Part shown: in pieces, positions 10,140-20,070 of the stretch
Layout of the letters: the number at the start of each line of letters is the position of its first letter
Position numbering within the stretch: position 1 is the stretch's first letter
NCBI GenBank assembly: GCA_000708835.1
Contig: DF237740.1
Coordinates: forward strand, 1 to 32,529
Reading direction: 5' to 3'
Length of the DNA: 32,529 bases
From: Klebsormidium nitens
Taxonomy: Eukaryota > Plantae > Klebsormidiophyceae
Notes under the pieces: generated by a model
Databases searched by the model: none
Told to the model about the DNA's origin: nothing
What the model saw: the letters and a program-made list of their open reading frames with translations, nothing else
Made by a program: the position numbers and the translations under genes

Positions 10140-11415
10140 CCTATCTAATACAGCTAGCGTTCAGCTGGCGTCGGAATTCGGTACGTAAACCCGAAGAGAG
10201 GTTGTGTACCGTACCTACCTGCTCTTCCCGTACATCAAGAACTGCGTCAGACACTGTGCAGTGTGGATGGCCTACCGGTACCTATCCTGATTCCTACCGT
10301 ACTGTGTACACGTAGGAGCCGAAACACGACTCGCGGATCGGACCAGATATTATGGATCCGATCCGCGAATATTTCTGATGTGCAGCAGGAAGTCCGTCTG
10401 GTGACTGGTCGATCCGAATCAAAGAAGGTGTTGTCGAAAATCTTTATCTCTTTGATAGAACAGGTTTCGAAATTCGTCGAAAAATTTGGGGTCTTTCGAG
10501 GCAGAATTTTGTTCGATGAACGTTGAAAGATTCGAATACGGGCGCGCGGCTATTCGATGGCCGACCTACCAGCATTCAAATGTTTAGGCCGGTAGACCGA
10601 ACTGTTAATCTTGGCGGTTCCGCGCATGGGCGTCGGCGTTCCTTTCCACATTCCAACCAACTCGCAATGATGAATTCGGCCACGGCGGTGGCCGGGGCCG
10701 GGGCCCGCCGGGCCGGCCGTCGGAGGCAAGTTGCCGCTTGATTCCGCTTTAATATTCCACTTAGGTATATTTGCCGCTTCCAAGTACGGTCCTCCCGCGC
10801 CTACGGAGTCGGCATACCGCCATCTGCTGCAGTCGAGAGTCTCGACTCTCGACTCTCGAGCCTACCGGTTACCGGTAGATCGACGGACGGGTAAGAAGCT
10901 GTACGTTGGATCATGGATGGGTCGAAAAGAGTCGCGCAGACGCAGTCCGTACCGCACGATGTGGATCTCTTACTTGTCTCCTGGACTCGAGGCTCGGCGC
11001 CGGCGGATCGGGATTCGGTTGAAGCAAACATGCCAACAGTTTCAAAGAAGCCAGCCCGAAGCCAGCTAGAACTTTATGGTGGTTGTGGCGCCGCCGGTCG
11101 GTATCCGGGTATAAGTTAGTTAAGCCGCTTACGTGTATGCGGTTGATTACATGGCTCGAGCTAGCATTTACAGAAACTTACCAGTTCCGCATTCAGTTCG
11201 GCGTTGCAGTTCAGCACCACTGAGTTCAATTCCTCTAGAGATTGTAAGATTTAAGATTGTACATGTGAGTAAAAGCACCTGGTAGGTTGAGCATAGACGC
11301 GTTAGCAAACGAAAAAAGACCATTGGCGAGACATCTCGACATTGACAAGATATAAGATTAGGTACTCGGACCGGGCTCGGACCATTGTTCCCGCAACTTA
11401 CTTCTCTCAAAGGCA

Positions 11416-11909
11416 GGAGAGGGTTCACATTGGACTTTCCGGAACAGATTATCCTCCTTCGAAAACACGAAGTTACTGCAGTGACGGAAGCACACGTCAT
11501 GGTCCGGAACGCTCTTTGCCAACGGTCAAAGTTACGAACATCAAAAAGCTTTCGGCATCGAAGAACGGACCAAAATGTCATCCGTAAAACATGTTTTCGA
11601 AAGGCGGTCGGCGACCGCCTTTCGAAAACATGTTTTACGATTATGACGTCCGACTCAGCGATCGAGTGGCTCAGATTCACCGATGCGCAGTTCGGCCGAA
11701 TGTTATGACGTCAAAGTGTACCAAGTGTACCATTTTGTACATCCACGTGATCGCACGTTGTCTCCGCCGAAACTGGTGATGCATTCGACAATGGTTTTCC
11801 CTATGTGAACCCAACTTCGGAACTCGCTGGTACAACGTCAGCACACGTCATTTGGGTACATCTCAAAACAAAGCGAAAGTTGATCGAAAGTCCAATGTGA
11901 ACCCTCTCC
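11416..11909. mobile_element. MITE-like element, 494 bp, perfect 24-bp inverted repeats and internal palindrome
   Basis: ggagagggttcacattggactttc (11416-11439) is the exact reverse complement of gaaagtccaatgtgaaccctctcc (11886-11909). No clear target-site duplication. Confidence 0.6.
11583..11639. repeat. Perfect 57-bp palindrome (28-bp arms, 1-nt spacer)
   Basis: cgtaaaacatgttttcgaaaggcggtcg-g-cgaccgcctttcgaaaacatgttttacg, read directly. Confidence 0.97.
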
Positions 11910-13271
11910 AGCATGCGCCGGATTATACGAATGGCTTACCCATTGCGAGGGTATGTTCTCAAGATTTATGGGATCTGCTCAAAGCAGTATGACTATTAGG
12001 CTACTGCTCGTGCAAGGGACGCGATCGATCGCATCCTCCATGTCTGCTATTTGGGAGGGTCTGGCAAACAGAAATGTGATACTAGAAGGTCAATCATCTT
12101 CGAGCGACGGCAATGTAAGAATAAAGCTAGTACAAAGCATGTGAAGCGTCAGCCAAACCGCTAACGTTCAAGCTATGGAGCGAACACGGAGCGAATCGGA
12201 CGCGTGTTGATCAGACTTTAAAACTTAAGTAGATAAAATGCAATTGTAAGCATGGAAGCATACCGGTAGCATAATATTGTAACGCTGAAACTAAATAAGC
12301 GAGTCGAACAGTGCCTAAACAATTGAAAACATACGTTGGAAGATACGCCGGTGCATGCATCAGGGCTCCATCAGGGCCGCATCTCACGAGAGGAATCTCG
12401 AAAAGCCGAGGCTGCCGCATTACGAAAAACTCACGACCATGAGCATGCAACAATCATTGCGACTCTTGTTGCTTTAATTTCGAGTTGAATCCGAGTTCAA
12501 TACATTCGCATCAACTATGTCAATGGATCTAAGGCATGGTTGCCGCATTCTGATCGTTCAGAACTCAAACATTGTATCATCCATGGAAGTGTATAGCCCA
12601 TGTGGCTACGGCGTTTTGAAAAGTGAGGATGATGCATGATGTGCACGTACCTTTTAAGTTGTTGAATTGTCAACGAGATGGCATTCTGGTTGCAATGATG
12701 CCATCATGGCATGATGCACGCTGCCCCGCATAATACAACAACGTACTTGCGTATTGCATAGAAAAGACATTTCAGCATATATAGCTGTGCCAGATGATGG
12801 CATGAGCCACTGCAGGGGCCGAACGTAATGTCGCGATCCCATGCAAGACCGAGATTGATTTACAGTCAATTTGTTGTACGACTAGAGCGCTGAACTTCAT
12901 GTGGGCGGAGTATTGCTGCAAGCATTTTCAGGCTTTAGGGTGTGTTGAATTTGAAACACACCTTCCACCCAACTTGACTTTACCTAACGTGGACGGCAAG
13001 CTCGTAGACGTTGTCTTAATTGGCTGCAGATCATGGGCACTGCAATTGCACACTGCAATTGCACTGCAAAAGAAGTGTGTTTTGCAGGCGCCTCGAAAAC
13101 AAGACGCGCACGAGTTCTTGGAGCGTCGAATCAGCGCTTTCCTGAAAGGCCTTCTTTATATGTTCAGAGCGGAACCGTAATGCACGCGTCTTCTTGACGG
13201 GGACCCTTTCGGTCCACTGACTGAGCATTCCTTCCTCTCCGTATATGCGGTCAGGAACAAAGACGTGTGTC

Positions 13272-16200
13272 TCATCGTTGAGAGCTCGAAGCAATCCGTT
13301 TGATCGCTTTGATGTCCAGCACGCCCGGAGTACTTTCATCCCTCACGGCCTCAACGGCGGCCCGTGCCACGTCTTCCACGTCGACCGGCGGCGCGATCAG
13401 GACGTCCGAACCCGGGATTCTACAGAGAGCGTCCGTCAGCGCGTCCGGCAAAATGGACAAACTTTTTTCTACGGCGGCGCCCACCGGCGTCAGCGGAATG
13501 CTGACGTTGTTCGCCTGGGGGACTCGTCGGGAGCCGTAGATGAAACCCGGCCGCAGAATGACGCCTGCACGGGGGGGGCGGGACGTCAGGCTGACGTGAG
13601 GCGCAAAACCGGGCTTTGGAACGACTGCCCGCACTGCGTCAAAGTCTACTTGAAATTCGAAGGGCTGAACAACGTTTGACAAGCATGCAGATCGTTGCAC
13701 AAGAAATCAAAACCCAAGCCGATCAGCCGTGTTGAACTCACGAGCAAGGCAGCCAACTCCAAAATGTCTCCTCAGTTTCTCTCAGCTCGCAAGTTGAAAT
13801 AAGACAAAGCCGCACGAGCCAGTCGCAAGCTAACAAGCCGCAGAAGGAAGGCGGTTTCTGGGGACAACAACAGACAGATTACCGGGAGAGTTAGAAGACA
13901 CCCGGGGTCAAAGTAAGCGGCCAGGGAGACAAGCAAACCCAAGAGGTTAAGGAATAACCCACCAGAACCCGGGTAGAGCTCCGCGATTCGCGCCTCCGCC
14001 TTCTTCTTGCCCACGAAGTATCCGATGCTGTCCTTTACCCCGGACGGCAGATTGTAATCATGCACGCTGACGAAGATGAAGCGCGGGACGCCTGCCGAGA
14101 AGAAAAGGTGACGTCGGTAGAGCAACAAGGCTGGTGCGTGCTAGGGGCAGGATGGTTGCAAATCGGGAGAGGTGACGTCAGTGCGGCGACAAGTCCGGTG
14201 CGCGCTAGCGCCAAGATGGTCGCTCCAAAGGCTTCGCAAAGTGCGAGATGCGTACGCAAAAGACTGGAATGTGGAAATTCTCGGAGGCGAGGTGTTCGTT
14301 CCAGCGGCAGCCCAAGAGAGTGCGTCAAGTGGGGGATGCTTGAAACGACATTAGTTCAACAATTCCTGAGCGCTGAACAGATTTCGGCAATAAGATAGAC
14401 GCGGCAGGGGGAAGCTCCCAAAGCAGTTTTGGAAAAGAGGACTGAGTCCCCTTGAGCCGAGGCACTTTCTCCATCGGGACAGTACTGAGGTCACCACTTA
14501 CGTCATCACAACCTGTCATCCTCAACCGCGCCAAACTCTCGTTCATACAAGTTGACCTCGACTCAAGGATGATGACGTCATGCTAAGGCTGATCCACTTG
14601 TAGGCGCTAACTACTGCAGCCTCAGCGAACCTGGCGGCGCACAGGGTAGTGTTGAATCCCATAGCCCAGACGGTTCAACAAAGCTGACTTCGGCTGCGAT
14701 TTCGGATACCAACAAGGAATGAAGGGAAGAGACACGAGAGGAAAGAAGGGGACGCTGACGTCACGCTCACCTGCGTTCTTGGCGGCCTCGGCGGCGCGCA
14801 CGGTGGCGTCGCCGCAGATGCGCTCCATCTGCTCGTTGGTGCCGAAGCCGCCGAGGCAGGACATTACGGCGGACGCGCCCGCGAAGTAGCTCTCGAGGTC
14901 CGCGGAAAAGACGTCGGCTGCACGGAACAATTAAATGCTTTGATTGTTCAAGCCCAATGCAATGCAGTGTCTAAGCCCGAGTGCTAGTCTTTGGAAAATT
15001 TGATCAATGAATCCGCCCCAAGTGCGGCATGACGGCAGACGCGCCTTCGAAGTAGCTTTCAAGATCGGCAGAAAACACGTCGGCTGCACAGCAAAACGAA
15101 GCGGATGAGAGCTTTTTTGTTTACACACCCAACGGAATAGTATTTTAGCCCAGCGTGTCTGAGGATTTTGGGTAAACAAACTGACGGCGGACGCGCCCGA
15201 AAAGTGGCTCTCGAGTTCCGCGGAAAAGACAACGACTGCACAGCAAAATAAAGTGTATCAAGGTGCTGCTATACCGAAATGGGGGTGTGTATTTGTACGG
15301 TTTGGCTTGGTAAACCTGCCCCCATGCACAACATTACGGCGGACGCGCCTGCGAAGTAGCTCCCGAGGTCCGCGGAAAAAGACGTCGGCTGCCCAACAAA
15401 CGAAAGTTGAGAGGGCGGTAAATTGGAAGACATATATTTCAAGAATGCAGATTTTAAATGAAACGGAACGATGCATGACAGAACGGCGGCCGCGCCCGCG
15501 CCCGCGAAGAAGCTCTCGAGGTCCGCGGAAGACACGTCGACTGCACAGCAAACGATCGGTCTTAAAAAAAATCTACATTCGGAGAATTTGGCTTTAGGTG
15601 TGCAGGTTTCGGAAAGTAGAAACGGACGATGCACGACGAAGCGGCCGAGGCGCACATGAAGTAGCTCGCGAGGCCCACAGACGTTCGGCTGCGTGGCAGA
15701 TGAGAGCGTATCAGAAAACTGCTACATTTCTAGGTCTTCTGGGTTGGCATGAGCGAACCCGCCTACCGCACGTCATGTCGGCGGATGCGCTGAAATGGTG
15801 ATTCTCGAGATTGAACGGGGATGACCTCGTAGCCGCAAGCGGAATGAGGGGTTTGAGCGTGCTGGGGGCCAAGGGCTTTCGGCTTTCTGTGAAAACTACC
15901 GGTGGTTGGACGGGCCAAGAGGCAACCCCAGACCAGCGGACACGGCGGCAGAAAGGAAAAGTTGTCCACTTAAGAGGGCTTCTATAACGGGCTTTGCGGC
16001 TTCCTAGAGATCGGATTCCAGTATCTGGCGAACGGTCGGAGCGACCCCAAGCGCGGCAGAGAGGGGGCTCGAATATCCAGCGGAACAATCTGCTTTGCGG
16101 GGCTGTTACGTGACCCACTCACCCGTGATCCACTGCGCATTGTAGACCCAGGCTTCGGCCACTGTGGGCCGCCCCGACCTGCGGACGAAGGACGAGAGGT

Positions 16201-17869
16201 TTCATTCAGCTTCTTCTCTTCTTGATTCATCTTCTTCTTGCCTTTTAGGCTTTCCTACTTCGTTCTTCTCTTGTTTTTGTTCAGGACCACAGCCTACCTC
16301 GAGAAAGGAAACGACTGAACGCGTGAATATCTGACACAGAAGGGTTCCAATACCCTCCTCGAACTTTCCCTTTTGATGAAATAGAGGCTCTGTTTAAACC
16401 AGACGCTCGGAAGTGCTGAACCTCACTCGCACTCTGGTCGTTTCCTGGATGAGTTAATGTGAGCGTGCTTGGGGAGAAGGATCCCAATAGCGCCATGTAG
16501 ATATCTAAAGTACGGAAAAGTAACTTTGAAACGTGAACGGGCAGCACACAAGCACTTCAGAAGGACGACTTCGATCGGGTTGCCAGGTGACTACTGAGTA
16601 ATGCTAGAGAATTGTCGGGGCTGCTATTCGTTCCACGATGCGGTTTTGCGATGCTCGAACTGCTCTAAACCTTCGCGACCCTAAGCACTTTTTTGGGGTT
16701 GCCAAAATTAGACAGATCTGGCGGCACGTGCTGGGATCAGACGGCTGAGAGTTTGAACCATGACCAGACCACCCTGTCACGCGTGCTACGGAAGTCAGAC
16801 TCTACGAGGAACCGCAGCTGACCTTACCCTACCCATTAGCCGCAGTCATCACCAGTATCTTCCGCAAAGAAGTCCTTTACATCTCCGTAAATGTCACTGT
16901 TTTTGAACACTCAAATCCTGCTGAGACATTCACACCGAAGGCGACGCAACAAGCTTCCAGGCAAATAAGCTAGTGGGCAAAAACACGGAAGGTAGCAAAG
17001 GGAGGCTTCAATAAAGGCCAGCAAGGAGGGGGGACGTTACCTGTTTATGCTCGTGACTTCGTACCCCTTCTCGATCGCCGCCCTGACCACGTGGGAGCCG
17101 ACGAAGCCGTTGCCGCCGAGGACAATCAACTGCGACAATGAGCAGAACAACAATGTCACTGCGCATTTCGGGTGAGAACGTTTGAGTCTCTGCGGCTTTC
17201 AATTATAGAAGGGTGAAAGGCGACTGGTAGGCTCTACTAACACCTTCAAGCACTTGGGCTGATTGTGTTCCACGGGTTCCTCTACAGCTTGGAGGAGCAT
17301 CAAAAGGTTTGGATACACATACTAATATTCGCTGTATTGGGTCGGAAAAGTACCCAATTCGGGCAGAGGAAAGGAAACGACAAACATGGCGCATGAGCTA
17401 CATGGAGAATGTAGCGAGAGCGTTGCAACAGCTTTCCCCAGCTTTGAAGGCATCCTTGCCGATCAGTCTGAGAAGACGGGAGCAGTAAATGTGGTAATAA
17501 GGCCACTGATCACTGTTCAAAAACTGGCTCAAAGGAAGCGGCTAAACATTGCTAAAGAAAGAGCCTCCCATGGCTGGTGGCCTCCAAAGACGGGATGTCC
17601 AATGTGCGGCGCACCCCCATTGCTTTGCTATCTGCATTTCATGATGACTTCTCAAAACATAAGCCTTGCTTTTGAGTTCCGAATGAGGTTTCTGAATTTA
17701 GGAATGAAGTTCGATTTGCTATCCGACTTGAAAAGGAACAGTGCATTTCAATCAAGTGCCGATATGTACCTTGATCGGTTTGACAACTCCTTCGACGTCA
17801 ATCACGGGACTGGTGGCAGTGGACGAACCCACAGCAGCTCGACATGAGCTGTTCCTTGGTGCTGGTGAC
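13272..17869 (-). CDS. NAD(P)-binding Rossmann-fold (atypical SDR) protein, At1g32220-like; N-terminal exon(s) unresolved
   Basis: Exons 17869-17770, 17129-17041, 16178-16123, 14917-14771, 14091-13963, 13564-13272, phases compatible. Product includes LIVLGGNGFVGSHV, RSGRP, DVFSADLESYFAGASAVMSCLGGFGTNEQMERICGDA, FVSVHDYNLP, GYFVGKKKAE, ILRPGFIYGSR and LIAPPVDVEDVARA, as recalled for the At1g32220/At5g10730 family. Confidence 0.88.
14860..15700. repeat. Tandem array (~148-166 bp spacing, 6 copies including the true junction) of splice acceptor plus Rossmann-gene exon start
   Basis: Core like gacgcgcccgcgaagtagctctcgaggtccgcggaaaagacgtcggctgcac recurs; the exon-start equivalents are at 14917, 15083, 15235, 15388, 15540 and 15688. 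Confidence 0.93.
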
Positions 17870-18190
17870 CTGTTCCAGAATTAATTAAATGTAAGAACCT
17901 TTACATTCTGTTCAGGACCGTGCAGTGACAGGATGATTCGTGCAAATTGATTAGCTTGCATCTGTTATCAGGAAGATTTCCCATGAAATTTCACATGGAA
18001 AGTTTCCACAGGGGCAAAGGGCGCTCCTGATGGGTGATCATCGCTCGAAGAAAGGTTGGGAAAGACGGTCAGTTGTCTTGTTCGCGTGGCTAGCTTGAGG
18101 TCCCCGGAGCAAGAATGCTGTCCTCTAATGTCAAAAAGGTACGGCCTATGTCTGGATCCAATATTCCCAAAGAGCAAGAATCAGCGCGAG

Positions 18191-18255
18191 TTGTGATGAT
18201 CACAAAATCGCCTTGTGATGATAACAAAATCGCCTTGTGATGTGATGATAACAAA
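18191..18255. repeat. 22-bp minisatellite, ~2.7 copies
   Basis: ttgtgatgatcacaaaatcgcc / ttgtgatgataacaaaatcgcc / partial third copy. Confidence 0.8.
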
Positions 18256-20070
18256 GAACTAGACCCAGCAAACGACTTTGACAAGGCGTCTGAGAGAAAA
18301 AGCGCCGAACCAAGCAATGCAATGAATGGAGAGCCAACGCTGGAGCGCCATGGCGATCCAGAGTCAGTGCAAAGCGTTTTGTGATTTGCCACTAGTTGCC
18401 TGATGGCAAAGCCCGACAAACTGCTCAATTGAGTGACACCCCGCCTGCGTCACAGTACAGATTCCTGCAATCTCTCTGCAACGACGCTTTCAATCGCACC
18501 ACTTTCAGTAGATCACTTGGTCTAGAGATGACTCAGGATGGTATAAGTTGGAGCAAACAAATCAGAATCTCGCTTGATCCCTTCTGATGCAGGGGTATTA
18601 AAAGCGCACAAAAGGGCCCTTGACCGATCTTCGATAGATCTCAGAGCAATCTTACCTTCTGATGGGATCGTGAGTCAAAGACTCGAGCGCTCTTCCCAAG
18701 AACCCATCCGTTTTTGGAGTCAATGCGTGTGCCACATTTGTCCTTCTCCGCTCCTGCCGCAAGCTACTCAACCTGTGCTGACTGCATTCGGCCCCGCAAC
18801 AGTGCACCCCAGCAGATGAATGCGCCCTCGTCTGAACAGTCTTTGCAACTTTGTGGGCGCCCTGGAATGTGCTTAGCGCAGGCGACTGCAGGTTGATGCA
18901 AACGGACTGAGATGCCATTTTGGGTCAACCCCGGAGCTGCACCACTTTTTTCTCTGTCAGCTACAGCTCCTAGCCAATCTGATACAGGTGGCACTTGCTT
19001 ATTACTCACAAGAACTTTGCTGCCGATGGTCAACCCAAGGTGATCATGCGACCTTGATGAGCTGTGAATGCAGCCCTAGCGCTGTGTAATCAGGATTGCC
19101 AGTAAACATCCAAATGTGTCAATTGGTCTGGTTACTTCCAACTAGCACCTTGTGCTCGAATCTCACTAAGACAACACACATGCCAAGCTGGCCTCCAATT
19201 GCAAAGGCGCCAACAATGATGGAAGTTCCCCTTCTTGAACTTGAGAGTTCTTGTCACTTGACCAAAGATCCATCTTCTTGTCCAAGCCGGAGTCCAAGTC
19301 GGATCCAACTCAGGACATGCAAGCAAATCCAGATACGGTAATGGCTTTGAACCTACGGTAACGGTCTCTGAAAGCGCTGACGTCGACGACAAGCCGAGAT
19401 CTCCAGATTGCCTTTGCTCGACGTTGCATCCTTCTCAATTCGTCGTAGCAGATGCCTGACACGCAGATTACACGGAATTCTGCCGCTCACAAGCTCTGTA
19501 GCCCACATTTCATTTTCGAATCGAATTTGAGAATGCCGGAAGCTTCGACAGCGAATCCGGGCGCGGCTCGGTTTGGCGTGACGTGGCCCAAGCACAATCT
19601 CAAATTGGATGAGGGAGCCTTCGTCCCCCTTCCAGTGTCCACCGTGGCTGTCGATGTACCCAAGTCCAACTTTGGAACGGTCTAGACTCTTGCGCAGACT
19701 GCCGAGTGCTAGAGAAAGGTGGTCACGCGACACGACAGTTGGGTACCTTTTCTGAGCGCCATTGAACAGCAAACACGTCACCAGGCCGTCTGCTGAACCG
19801 AAGCCTCAGGAAAGGCCATGGTGCCTACAAACAGGCGGTGAACCTACAGGCTACACTCTCATGTTCCATGTCGAGAGCGATTCCTTGGTTTCAAAAGTAG
19901 ACAGCACCTTTCAACAGGTGATTGAAGAAGGAGGAACGCTGTATTGCGAGCACAGTTGAATTTGATTAAGACTGGCGGCAGATTGTAGTCCTAAGTGATC
20001 AAGAGTTTCTATTAGCGTTTTCGCGTCAATTGCGAGGCAAAAAGAAGGGGCCAATCCACGCGGGCATCGA

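Noticed and set aside
13590-14770. Recurrent tgacgtca/ctgacgtc motifs as bZIP (CRE-like) sites
   Set aside because: They fall in introns near splice sites (also 28770), where ctgac fits branch-point usage; no evidence for transcription-factor binding.
17900-20070. Short ORFs between the divergent Rossmann and sigma genes
   Set aside because: None has a recognisable domain. The first exon of the Rossmann gene is probably here (an ATG in good context at 18351), but no convincing phase-2 donor could be fixed.
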